Shown here in pieces: positions 49,826 through 61,367 of a stretch of DNA of 64,000 bases; positions within the stretch are counted from its first letter, which is position 1; each line of letters opens with the position of its first letter. The DNA comes from Mobula hypostoma. Its lineage: Eukaryota. The position numbers were made by a program, and so were the translations under genes. The stretch is from positions 60,142,001 to 60,206,000 of the forward strand of contig NC_086097.1 in NCBI RefSeq assembly GCF_963921235.1, read 5' to 3'. The notes under the pieces are model-generated. The model worked only from the letters and a program-made list of their open reading frames with translations, was not told the origin of the DNA and did not search any database.

Positions 49826-52800
49826 TGTAACCCTCAGCTCGGCTAGCGGCTTAATCTAGGGGAAGACAGCCCCCAGACCGGCCAAACTTAAGAAATCTTG
49901 TTTGGGTGGATGCTACGTCATATGGTCCCCTGTTACAAATCAGTACCACGAAATAACGAACAGTGCGCAATATGCAATGAAATGATTGAGCTTTATAATT
50001 CTTAATTTGACTATATGGTGAGTAAAGAAACAAAAAAGGAAAAGGGTCCTGTCTCATGAAGCAGTCTAATGCGCAACTTTGGAGCTCATGGTTCCATCCA
50101 TTTATTCCCCATCGACCTCTTTCAAGTGTAGCCAACCCTCGGATCCTCACTTCAAGTCCACTCTATCCGGCGGTCTACTAGGATGCTGCCTGGTTTAGAA
50201 AGTATGCATTATGATCAGAGATTAAGAGAGCTAGGGCTTTACTCTTTGGAGAGAAGGAGGATGAGAGGAGACATGATAGAGGTGTACAAGATAATAAGAG
50301 GAATAGATAGAGTGGATAGCCAGCGCCTCTTCCTCAGGGCACCACTGCTCAATACAAGAGGACATGGCTTTAAGGTAAGGGGTGGGAAGTTCAAGGGGGA
50401 TATTAGAGGAAGGTTTTTTACTCAGAGAGTGGTTGGTGTGTGGAATGCACTGCCTGAGTCTGTGGTGGAGGCAGATACACTAGTGAAGTTTAAGAGACTA
50501 CTAGACAGGTATATGGAGGAATTTAAGGTGGGGGCTTATATGGGAGGCAGGGTTTGAGGGTCTGCACAACATTGTGGGCTGAAGGGCCTGTACTGTGCTG
50601 TACTATTCTATATCTTCTATATCTCTGTATAACTCTCACATTCGTGTCTTCTCTCTTCATCTCTCGCCGACGTAAAGACTGCAAATCCCTTCTCTCAGAC
50701 CCACAAGAAACAACATGCCTCTCATTGGATGGCACACATTCCAATGCCCCCATTATCTCTAGCCATAACCCAAACATTGCTGCTGCAGAGAAATCATTAC
50801 ATTAGTAGTGAAACCTTACAGAGAGCCCATTACATTAACAGTGAAACCTTACAGTGTGTTACGCTCTCCCCCCACCAAATTTATTCATGTCCTCATGATG
50901 TTGAGATAATTTGCCAACTCTTCCTACAAAGCACAAAGTCCAACCCAGGTGTAAAAGTCAGTGACATAGCTCCCCAAAACGGTAGGGGTCACATACTGTT
51001 CCCCCGGCACCTGGGTCAGCAGCTCCTTCAGCGACTGAAAGGCCTTCTCATATTTTGCATCCCACCTTGGTCCAAAGGACTCCGACAAGCTAAGATACCC
51101 TCCACCCTCCTGTTTTTCTTCCCCCTCCCTTTCTTCCCCAGGGGAGGGTAACCACACAGAAACTGATTCACTTTTGCGTAGCCTTTCACAAACCTCCGTT
51201 AGTAACCACAGAACCTGAGGAATGAGTGCAGAGTGCTCACAGTCTGGGGCGTTGGCCAAGTGATCACTCCCTCTATCTTAGCCGGATTAGTAGCTACTCC
51301 ACTCATGAGACTATGTGCCCAACTTCGCTAACAGACGTTTTGCTGAACTGGCACTTGTCTAGGGAAAGTTTTAACCATTCAGCTTTCAGGAGGCCCAGCA
51401 CCTCGCTTCATGTTCTTCCAAGGTGGATCCAAACACTATGAGATCATCTAGATACACCAATACCTCAAACAAGTTCATATTCCCCACCATCTTCACCATG
51501 ACACACTGGAAGTTTGCAGGAACTCCCAATATGCCCTTGGGCATCCGTTTGAACTGGAAGAATCCCAGGGGACATATAAATGCCATCTTCTCTTTGTTAG
51601 CTTTACTCATGGGGATCTGGTAATATCCACTCCTCAAATCCAGCACACTGAACCAACTCGCACTACTCAGACGGGCCAGCGCGTCTTCAATCCTTGGCAC
51701 CGTATGCTAGTCAGGGGCAGTGCGCCTGTTCAGAGTCCTATAGTCCACACACATCCGTACCTTCCCATTCTTCTACTACTGGGGACACATAGGGGCTTCA
51801 GGACTCAGTGATGATCCCAGCTTCCTTCAAGTTACACAAATACTGCCGAACATTTTTCACTTCTGCAGAGGCCAGTCTCCGCAACCTGTCTCTAAACGGG
51901 TGTCCTCAGTCACCTGGTTAGTGTGATGAGTTCTCTTGGAACAACCTACATCAAACTCGGCAGTGGAAAAGACACCTTGCAGCTTCAACATCTTCTCTAC
52001 CAACCTCCTCTTCCAACCTGCAAGAACCGGGGTGTCCCTGAAAGTTGTCAACTTTCCCCCTTTTCCCAATAGTTTCTCCCAGGCTTGTCTCACAGGGACA
52101 CTAGACATTACCATCACTGGGAACAGATGCGCCAGGGACATCACCCGCTTGAAGGTGACCTCCCTCTTTATAGAGTTCCTGACAATCACTGCCAATCCGC
52201 TCATCTGTACAACCGAAAGCTTCTGCAGTTTGGGCCTCACCAGTACCCTAACAAGAATTCCAGATTCCCCCTCGTGGTCTTCCGGAGTGTCCATTAAGAG
52301 GGCCTTGCCCTCAGGCAGTCTGGGAAATTTGGGGGTCCCCATCACTGTCAAGACTTCCCGGGGCTGTACCACCATTGGCTTCGACTAGGTAAACCACACA
52401 GTCCCTTGTCTAAATTCAGTATCCAGCTCAATGCAGCCATGAACTTCCTCAAAACCAGCTCAAAGCACTGGGTGCACGGACAATGTTGCCAGAAAGCTCT
52501 CACTAGCCTTCGCCTTGCAGGCCCCTATGAGCCTCCTCACAAGAGGGGTGTTGGTCCCCTCCAGAATTGAAATGCCGCCCTTCTGAACAGGGTCCGGACA
52601 AACCAGCACTAATGTATCAATAACCTCAGACACTGTCACATCGGCCTCCGGGAAATCCAGCTTCACTGACAAATAACCATCATATGGATAATCACCAGCA
52701 CTAAGACCCCAGATCTCTGGTGTCCTGAATGGTGTCAATGGTAAATGCTTCAGTTGTAAAATGAACGGTACAACAGCGTGACCTGCGACCCGGTGTTAAA

Positions 52801-54242
52801 TATGGATTTAGCATAAATACCCTCTATCTGTAGCAACACACTGGAGCATGGTCCCACTAAACCTTCAGGAATAGGGTCTTTCGCTTTCAAGGGTTCCTTG
52901 GTATATTGCTGGGAATGTGCTCCCCAGAAACACCAGGCTGTTTCCTCACTGGGTCTCCTCTAAGTTTTCCCAACAACTCTCTCTGCTTAGGTACTTGGGG
53001 GCTCACTCACCTTCTGGCGTGACACCTGCTGCCAGCAGCCCTCCACAGTGTTTGTCCCCTTGGGGGATTTGCCCCACCATCAGCTCCATCATATGTGGGG
53101 GGGGGGTCACACCCACTGATAACATCCAAGACATCTCAGTTCTCAACTCTGCCACAATCTCCTCTAACGTTCCCTGGGATAGGCTATCCATGGTCCCTTC
53201 ACCGCAGGGGACTACTACCAAGGACTGTACCCTGCTGACGGAGCCCTCCCGCGCCTCCGACACATTCTCCTCCTCCATGCCTCTCTGATCAGCTCAACAA
53301 AAGAGTGAGGGGGACGTGTCTTATGAAATTGTCGGAGATCCCAAGCAATCAGGTCCTAGGACTGGGCGCCCTTGGTTATCTGGTCCATTCTTAACTGACT
53401 CACCTCAGCTGCCTGAATGACCCCTCTGTGCCACAAGCAATTTAGCTGCCTCTCTAGCCAAAAGATGTAAAGAGAAAGCTTCTCCCCCTTCTCCTGATGC
53501 ATGTTCTGAAACCCCACCATAAGCTCCATTGGGCTTCCTGTGAGGCCAAAAGCACTTTTCAGTGCTTGCATTTAATTGCTTAGAGTCCGCAACCTGACAG
53601 CTCTCACAACGTCAGCAGCCCGCCCACTCAAACTCTCAACCAATCGCTGTCACTTTACATCATCACAGCACTGTCACTCATCCAACAATTGAGAGGTCTG
53701 CTCTGCCCAAGTCTCAGACTCCTCTTCCCCTTTAGGGGTGGGCGACATTCCAGAGAATGGCGGTGCCTGATGTAGCAGGGGCTTTGGACCTGGACGTTTT
53801 TCCATTTATTCGCCAGAGAGGTAAGGACGGATACCAACTCAGAATTCTCACTCTCCGTGAGGGATGGGGACTAAATAGACATTACAAATCCAACTACTCC
53901 TTCCCCTCACTCCTCAGAAATGATAGAACCCCGTCTTTGAAATCTCCACTCCCAGCTACAGGAAACTCGACTTGAGATTTGGCCTGCCCCGCTGCCGCTA
54001 TGTCAGCACTGGTCTGCATTGAAACAAGAGCTGTGCCCGCCTTTTTATCAAATCTCCGCCCCACTATCACAACTTTAACAGTACTTAACAGGTGAATTAA
54101 CAATTCATCTGGAGTACAAATATCTATCCCACTGGTACAATACTCAAGTAATCACACAGCATCCAATGAAATCAATCCTGAACGGTACCCCCACAATCAT
54201 AACCCTAGGTTCGGCTAGCGGCTTAACCTAGGGGAAGACAGC
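49826..54242 (-). mobile_element. Gypsy LTR retrotransposon with PNMA/Ma-type Gag, internally deleted; 5' LTR interrupted at 54243
   Basis: 3' LTR at 49826-50863 with adjacent PPT TTTGGTGGGGGGAGAG; start of the 5' LTR at 54198-54242 matches 49826-49872; PBS TGGGGGTACCGTTCAGGATT (54174-54193, tRNA-Pro-like). Gag PFSGMSPTPKGEEESETWAEQTSQLLDE*QCCDDVK*QRLVESLSGRAADVVR; RT WFSVLDLRSGYYQIPM...VYLDDLIV. Confidence 0.88.
50178..50628 (+). mobile_element. CR1 3' fragment inserted in a Gypsy LTR
   Basis: ORF 50183-50557 (LGLYSLERRRMRGDMIEVYK...FFTQRVVGVWNALP), 3' UTR and CTATATCT-type tail. Confidence 0.9.
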
Positions 54243-55972
54243 TGTAATGTATTGTGTGAGTATTCATAGCATCAGAGTGCGTATGACGTCAGGATATGAA
54301 GAGGTAAAAATGGAAGCCTGGTGAATAAACTTGTTAGTTCAATTTACAGCGGTGTCCGAGTCACATCAATATTACATGGTGTCAGAAAAAATCACGAAGA
54401 AAATAAAAAGGAAGAGAATACTCGTAAAAGATGTCACAGTTACAGCCAGCATCAAGTTTAAGCCTACAAGGTAATCTTGCTGAGAAATGGAAAATATGGA
54501 TATAGAAGTTTGAGTTGTTTTGCACCACTACCGGCGTAGCTGAAAAGACGGAGGAAGTGCAATGTGCTACGTTTCTGCATGTGGCGGGGGAAGAGGCAAT
54601 AAAGGTTTGCAACACATTTGTCTTCCAAGATGATCAGCAAGATAAAATTGAAGTGTTGAAGAAAAAGTTTCAAGATTACTGCGAACCATGAAAAAACCTA
54701 CCGTACATCCAACATACGTTTTTCATAAGGGCTCAAGGACCAATAGAGACCACAGACGCCTATGTAAAAGATTTGAAGAACAAGGCAAAAGACTATGAGT
54801 TCGGACAACTGTATGACTTTTTAATACATGACAGGATTGTATTCAGCATACGAGATGATCAAATGAGAGGCAGGCTATTGAGAGAGATGGATCTTACATT
54901 AGAAAAGGCGATTGATGTTTGCCGTGCCAGTAAGATCACGTCAAGTCAGGTTAAAGTGCTCAATGAAGAGATTGAAGTGCACAAAATAAAAACTGTGAAA
55001 ACTGACAAGAGTAGGACAAAGCCAGCTCCACAGGATGATCAAAAGGAAATTAACTGCAACAGATGTGGTTATAAACATGGATACGGAAAATGACTAGCCT
55101 TTGGTCAGACATGCAGGTTTTGCCAGAAAAGAAATCACTTTGCAAGGATGTGCAAATCAAAGGAGCACACAAGGAAAATGCATGCTGTGGAACAGAGTGA
55201 GGGCAACAGTGACATGTTCATTGGCACGGTTGAAGTGGGACAGGAGGTATGCATCAAGAATATTGACAATGCAGAGATGGAGGATGAAGATGATTGGACT
55301 CAAGATCTGATAATAAACAGGAGGAATGTGACATTTAAGCTTGACGCTGGGGCAAAGTGCAATGTAATGTCAGCAGAAACATTCAACTCTCTGGACATCA
55401 GAGAAGACTGAGAAAATCCACCTGCAAGCTTGTTGCATATTTTGGTCACAAGATGGCACCACTGGGCAAAAAAACACTCACCTGTGTGTACAAAGGTCAA
55501 CAATACAAGATTGAGTTTTAAGTAGTACAGCAACATGTTCCAGCAATACTGGGCAAAGCAAAATGCACAAAGCTAGGCCTGGTGAAGCGAATCTATGGTG
55601 TTGAAAAAGAAAATGACATTCTCTTTTTAAATCTTTTTATTGAGTAAGTATACAAAAAAGGTAAGCCATATAAACATTAATACAATGTTAAAGTATAATA
55701 AAATTCCAAAAGATAACAATACCAAAAAGAAAATACTACAAACAATGTAATTTAAGCATAAGAAACCAAGATAACATAATAGTATACTAGATTTTATATA
55801 TATCAATGGAAAAAAATAAAAAAAAAACCCCAAAAAAAAACCCACCGTGCAACTAACTAAAAGCAAAGCAAAGCAATGGGCTAACTTGAAACCAAACAGA
55901 GTTAAACTTAAAATCACGTCCTCAATCCCGACCTCCATTAAAACAGTGAAGAGAAAACAAGAAGGGTAAATA

Positions 55973-58900
55973 TTACATTAAATGAAAATATCGAATAAAA
56001 GGTCCCCAAATCTGTTCAAATTTAAATGAAGAATCATAAAGGTTACTTCTAATTTTCTCCAGATTCAAACATAAAATCGTCTGAGAAAACCAAAAAAAGG
56101 TAGTTGGAGCATTAAGCTCTTTCCAATGTTGTAAAATACATCTTTTCGCCATTAAAGTAAGAAATGCAATCATTCTACGGGCTGAAGGGGAAAGATTACT
56201 AGAAATTTTAGGTAGTCCAAAGATAGCAGTAATAGGGTGAGGAGAGATATCTATATTTAATACCTTAGAAATAATATTGAAAATATCTCTCCAAAAAGTT
56301 TCCAAAGTAGGGCAAGACCAAAACATATGAGTTAAAGAGGCTATCTGCCCCGAACATCTATCACAGAAAGGATTAATATGCGAGTAAAAACGCGCTAACT
56401 TATCTTTGGACATATGTGCTCTATGAACCACTTTAAATTGAATTAGGGAATGTTTAGCACAAATAGAGGAAGTATTAACTAATTGTAAAATCTGCCCCCA
56501 ATCATCCACAGAAATGGTAAGCCCCAATTCCTGTTCCCAATCTACCCTAATCTTATCAAATGGAGCTTTCCTAAGTTTCATAATAATATTATAAATCATA
56601 GCCGATGCACCTTTCTGACATGGATTAAGGTTAATTATCGAATCTAAAATATATATAGGAGGAAGCATTGGAAAGGAAGTAAGTATAGTACTTAGGAAAT
56701 TTCTAACTTGTAAATATCTAAAAAAATGTATTCTTGATAAGTTATATTTGTTAGATAATTGTTCAAAAGACATAAGGGAACCATCTAAAAATAAATCCAA
56801 AAACCGTAAAATACCCTTAGTCTTCCAAGTTTGAAAAGCGCGATCCGTAAAAGAGGGAGGAAAAAATATGTTACCTAAAATAGGAATCGCTAACCCGAAT
56901 TGATTAAGATCAAAAAATTTTCTGAATTGAAACCAAATGCGCAAAGCATATTTAACTATCGGGTTAGAGACCTGCTTAAGACGTTTCGAATCAAAAGGAA
57001 GAGAGGAACCTAAAATAGAACCAAGTGTATAACCCTGAACAGATTGTAATTCCAATGCTACCCATTTAGGAATAAATAGTATGTCCCGATCAAGTAACCA
57101 AAATTTCATATGTCGAATATTAATAGCCCAATAATAAAATCTAAAGTTAGGTAATGCTAAACCTCCATCTCTCTTAGCTTTCTGTAAATGTATTTTACCC
57201 AGTCTCGGATTCTTGTTCTGCCAAATAAATGAAGAAATTTTAGAGTCAACTTTATCAAAAAAAGATTTAGGAACGAAAATTGGTAATGCCTGAAACACAT
57301 ATAAAAATTTTGGCAAAAAAAACATCTTAACTGCATTAATACGACCAATCAAAGTTAAATATAAGGGAAACCATTTAGATGAAAGTTGAGTAATATGGTC
57401 TATTAATGGTAAAAAGTTAGTCTTAAATAAATCTTTATGTTTACAAGTAATTTTAATCCCAAGATATGAAAAGTAATTATTAATCAATTTAAATGGAAAT
57501 TTATAATATAAGGGAAGATGTTTATTAATCGGAAAAAGTTCACTCTTACTAAGATTTAATTTATAACCTGAGAAAAGACCAAATTGTGCTAATAACTCTA
57601 AAACAGCAGGAATGGATCTCTCAGGATTAGAAATATATAAAAGTAAATCATCAGCATAGAGTGATAATTTATGGGACTTTAATCCCCGAGTTATCCCAGT
57701 AATATTTAAAGATTCTCGAATAGCAATTGCAAGAGGTTCTAATGCAATATCAAATAATAGGGGACTAAGAGGACAGCCTTGTCGAGTACCACGAAAGAGA
57801 GGAAAAAAAGGTGAGTTTAAGGAGTTAGTACGAACCGAGGCTACAGGGGAATAATATAACAGTTTAATCCAGGATATAAATTTCAAGCTAAAATTAAACA
57901 TTTCAAGCACCTTAAATAAATAAGGCCATTCTACTCTATCAAAAGCTTTCTCGGCATCTAAAGAAATAACACACTCAGGAACATTTTGTGAGGGAGTATA
58001 AACGATATTTAACAATGTACGAATATTATAAAAAGAGTAACGACCTTTAATAAAACCCGTTTGGTCTTCCGAAATAATAGAAGGAAGTACTTTTTCTAGT
58101 CTATTTGCTAATAACTTAGAAAAAACTTTAGAATCAACATTTAATAAAGATATTGGTCTATAAGATGCACATTGAGCAGGGTCTTTATCCTTCTTTAGTA
58201 TTAAAGAAATTGATGCTCTATTAAAAGATTCCGGAAGTTTACCAAGTTTCAAAGAAGCCTCAAAAACCTTATAGAGCCAAGGAATCAATAAAGAAGCAAA
58301 ACATTTATAAAATTCAACGGTAAACCCATCAGGGCCAGGAGCTTTCCCCAGATTCATAGAAAAAATAACATTCTTAATCTCATCCATTGTAATGGAAGTA
58401 TCTAATAAAGAAGACATATCCTGTGAAATCAGAGGGAAGTCTAACTTATCTAAAAAATCATTCATATATTTAGAATCTCGAGGAGACTCTGATTGGTATA
58501 AAGAAGAATAAAAATCACAAAAGGTTTGATTAATCCCCACATGATCCAATATCAATCGATCATTTTGGTTATAAATCTGATTGATTTGAGATTTAACATA
58601 ATTAGATTTCAATTGATTAGCCAGCAGCTTGCCAATTTTATCACTGTGAACATAAAAATCACTTCTTGTTTTCTTTAATTGGTTTACAATCGAGGACGAG
58701 AGTAGTAAACTGTGTTCCATTTGAAGTTCAGTTCTTTGTTTGTATAGCTCCTCAGAAGGAGCCATAACATATTTCTTATCAATTTCTTTAATCTTGTCCA
58801 CAATTACCATCTCCTCCTGCTTCTGTTTCTTCCTCAAAGCAACGGAATACGAAATAATCTGACCCCGAATATAGGCTTTAAAAGTGTCCCAAAGAGTGTT

Positions 58901-59749
58901 AACCGAAATATCTTCTGTATGGTTAATTGTAAAAAAAAGCTCAATCTGTTCATTCATAAAATTAACAAAGTCCGAGTCCTGAAGCAACAGCGAATTAAAA
59001 CGCCATTGTCTATTGTTTGGTATATTGGCCATAATTTTAATAGAAAGCTTAAGTGGAGCATGATCCGAAATGGTTATAGAATCATAATCACATTTAATCA
59101 CTGAAGAAATGAGACGAGAATCAATGAAAAAATAATCAATTCTTGAATAGGAATGATGAACATGTGAAAAGAAGGAAAAATCTTTTTCCTGAGGATGCAG
59201 AAAACGCCAAATGTCCGTCGACCCAGAATCAGAAAGGAAAAAATTAATCAAATTTGCAGATTTATTAGGTAAAGTCCGTAAAGGAGCCGAACGGTCCAAA
59301 GCTGGAGATAAACAGGTATTAAGATCTCCGCCCCAAATCAATGAAAACTCGTTCAAATTCGGAAACTGATCAAACAATGATTTATAAAATTCCGGACAAT
59401 CCATATTAGGAGCATAAACATTAACCAAAACTACTTTTTTATTAAATAATAAACCACTAACCAATAAAAATCTACCATTCGGATCAGAGATAATATCCTG
59501 TTGTATAAAAGTAACTGAGGAGTCTATAAAGATAGAGACGCCTCGAATCTTAGCATTGGAGTTCGAATGAAATTGTTGTCCCTTCCAAAATTTGAAAAAA
59601 CGTAGTCTGTCCCCCCTCCGTACATGGGTCTCTTGTAAAAATAAAATTTGTGCTTTAAGTCTCCGGAACACTTTAAAAACTTTTTTCCTTTTAATAGGAT
59701 GATTAAGACCATTAGTATTCCAGGAGACAAAATTAATAATAGACTCCAT
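55973..59749 (-). CDS. L1 ORF2: APE endonuclease, reverse transcriptase and C-terminal cysteine-rich domain (1258 aa from the first ATG)
   Basis: SWNTNG, LQETH, VYAPN, GDLN, RIDY, SDH; KAPGPDG, YRPISLLN, LDAEKAFDRV, GTRQGCPLSP, YADD, YLGI; CDRC..HMFWSC. No stops. The ORF-track start at 59857 is a TTG; the first ATG is at 59749. Confidence 0.96.
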   Translation of the reverse strand: MESIINFVSWNTNGLNHPIKRKKVFKVFRRLKAQILFLQETHVRRGDRLRFFKFWKGQQFHSNSNAKIRGVSIFIDSSVTFIQQDIISDPNGRFLLVSGLLFNKKVVLVNVYAPNMDCPEFYKSLFDQFPNLNEFSLIWGGDLNTCLSPALDRSAPLRTLPNKSANLINFFLSDSGSTDIWRFLHPQEKDFSFFSHVHHSYSRIDYFFIDSRLISSVIKCDYDSITISDHAPLKLSIKIMANIPNNRQWRFNSLLLQDSDFVNFMNEQIELFFTINHTEDISVNTLWDTFKAYIRGQIISYSVALRKKQKQEEMVIVDKIKEIDKKYVMAPSEELYKQRTELQMEHSLLLSSSIVNQLKKTRSDFYVHSDKIGKLLANQLKSNYVKSQINQIYNQNDRLILDHVGINQTFCDFYSSLYQSESPRDSKYMNDFLDKLDFPLISQDMSSLLDTSITMDEIKNVIFSMNLGKAPGPDGFTVEFYKCFASLLIPWLYKVFEASLKLGKLPESFNRASISLILKKDKDPAQCASYRPISLLNVDSKVFSKLLANRLEKVLPSIISEDQTGFIKGRYSFYNIRTLLNIVYTPSQNVPECVISLDAEKAFDRVEWPYLFKVLEMFNFSLKFISWIKLLYYSPVASVRTNSLNSPFFPLFRGTRQGCPLSPLLFDIALEPLAIAIRESLNITGITRGLKSHKLSLYADDLLLYISNPERSIPAVLELLAQFGLFSGYKLNLSKSELFPINKHLPLYYKFPFKLINNYFSYLGIKITCKHKDLFKTNFLPLIDHITQLSSKWFPLYLTLIGRINAVKMFFLPKFLYVFQALPIFVPKSFFDKVDSKISSFIWQNKNPRLGKIHLQKAKRDGGLALPNFRFYYWAINIRHMKFWLLDRDILFIPKWVALELQSVQGYTLGSILGSSLPFDSKRLKQVSNPIVKYALRIWFQFRKFFDLNQFGLAIPILGNIFFPPSFTDRAFQTWKTKGILRFLDLFLDGSLMSFEQLSNKYNLSRIHFFRYLQVRNFLSTILTSFPMLPPIYILDSIINLNPCQKGASAMIYNIIMKLRKAPFDKIRVDWEQELGLTISVDDWGQILQLVNTSSICAKHSLIQFKVVHRAHMSKDKLARFYSHINPFCDRCSGQIASLTHMFWSCPTLETFWRDIFNIISKVLNIDISPHPITAIFGLPKISSNLSPSARRMIAFLTLMAKRCILQHWKELNAPTTFFWFSQTILCLNLEKIRSNLYDSSFKFEQIWGPFIRYFHLM

Positions 59750-60467
59750 AAATCCTAAAGTCAACCCATAACAAGGAGGATTGACAATAGGCGCGACCCA
59801 CAGACCCGGAGAGGAAACAGAACATACAAAAGATACCGGGGAAAAGGACGTAACCAATACTTCAATAATGTATATAGCCCAAAGAGAAACAAACTAAAAC
59901 GTGAAGCCCCTCCCACCGCCCCCCACCCCAGGACCCCAAGGCGAAATCTAAAGCAGACCCGCCAGAAAGAAGCAAGCGCTAAAACTACCCCCATGACTTC
60001 CGGTATACGCTCCCTAAAAAAAAGGTATAAATATGAAAAGGATCAGCTAATTGTAAAACAGTAAAAAATAAGTAAAAAAAAGTTAGCTCAATTAAAATAC
60101 ACACAGAACAGAACAAAAGCCGGAAAGTATATATTAAAAAAAACCACAATAAACCTCAAACTCATGAATAGACACAGCAACAAAAAAAATAGGATTATTA
60201 ACATAAAATGATTATAAAAAGCAAAACAGAATAAAATTTAAAAAAAACTACAAAATTTAAGGCCGCACAGGAAATACGTAAGATGACAAAAGGGAAGTAA
60301 CCACCCAGAATCCCCTGGGAAAAGAAAGAAATGACGCAGTTAAAAAGAAAGTTTAGCAGCCATATTAAGAAATCGAAAGTAAACTTTTCTGCCCAAATAG
60401 GGCACAGAAAAGTTAAAACCAACCAATTCACAGCCTCCGATCAACGGAGAAAATTAAAAAAAGGCAA

Positions 60468-61367
60468 TTAAGATGTTGAAGATGAAAGTTGATCCAGATA
60501 ACTCTGGGCATCCGATGGAGAATCAAAAAAACGAAGAGCTCCATCTAACATGCGAATCCTTAGACGTGCAGGGTACAGCAGCGCTGGTCTTAAATCCATC
60601 TTATAGAATTCCGACATCACGGATCTGTAACGGACCCGTTGGTCCCAGATTGGTTTACTGAAATCTTCCACGAATCGGAACTTAAGATCCGAAAAATCAA
60701 TGAAACCTTTAGATCGAGCGAATCGAAACAGTCTCTCCTTATCTTGAAAGTAATGAAAACGTAAGATAACATGCCTAGGTCTATCTGACCTAGACGAGTA
60801 TGATGGGATTCTGTGAACACGATCCAGTAGCGGTGGTTGGTCAGGAAATACAGTAGGGAATGCATCTTTTAAAAGTTGGGAGAAATATTTCATAGGGTTG
60901 TTAGCTTCCACGGCTTCCCTGACGCCAATCATTCGTAAATTCTGCCGTCGCATTCTAGATTCCAAGTCAGAGTTTTTAAAAGTCAAAAAGTCAAGTTTCT
61001 TCTTCATTACATTAATTGTTTCTTCGACTTTCCCCATCTTAAGCTCACTTTGTTGCGCGGATTTTTGAAGACCAGATATAGCCGACTGATGTTCCGCAAT
61101 ACATGTTTGCATCTTATCAATTAAATCGGCAATTTTCTGGAACTTAGTTGAGATTTCCATATGAATCAGGTCTTTAACAAAGCCCATAATTTCTGTACGA
61201 ATCATCTCCCTAACAGAGGTTGAAATTTCCCTCTGAATTAACTCCGATATAGCTTCCAAAGTCACCGGTGATTCAGTCGGAGGGAGATCCGTAGCTTTCG
61301 GTTTAACCGGAGGTTTACCATCCTTGCCGTCTTTCCCGTTCTTAGACATAGCAGATCTAAGTTCCAT
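60468..61367 (-). CDS. L1 ORF1 RNA-binding protein (coiled coil, RRM, CTD), 299 aa
   Basis: DLESRMRRQNLRMIGVRE, DRVHR, RPRHVILRF, EDFS and LLYPARLRI are characteristic vertebrate L1 ORF1 motifs. Confidence 0.93.
   Translation of the reverse strand: MELRSAMSKNGKDGKDGKPPVKPKATDLPPTESPVTLEAISELIQREISTSVREMIRTEIMGFVKDLIHMEISTKFQKIADLIDKMQTCIAEHQSAISGLQKSAQQSELKMGKVEETINVMKKKLDFLTFKNSDLESRMRRQNLRMIGVREAVEANNPMKYFSQLLKDAFPTVFPDQPPLLDRVHRIPSYSSRSDRPRHVILRFHYFQDKERLFRFARSKGFIDFSDLKFRFVEDFSKPIWDQRVRYRSVMSEFYKMDLRPALLYPARLRIRMLDGALRFFDSPSDAQSYLDQLSSSTS

Noticed and set aside
53356..53760. Domesticated PNMA gene
   Set aside because: It has in-frame stops and frameshifts and lies inside an LTR element with PBS, pol remnants and PPT.
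55627..55938. Hydrophobic 103-aa ORF (possible ORF3 or env-like) at the L1 3' end
   Set aside because: It is a by-product of the T-rich 3' UTR (Phe/Leu/Tyr codons) with no domain features. I cannot support it without conservation data.
59750..59857. 36-aa N-terminal extension of L1 ORF2
   Set aside because: It starts at TTG. Endonuclease homology begins right after the ATG at 59749.
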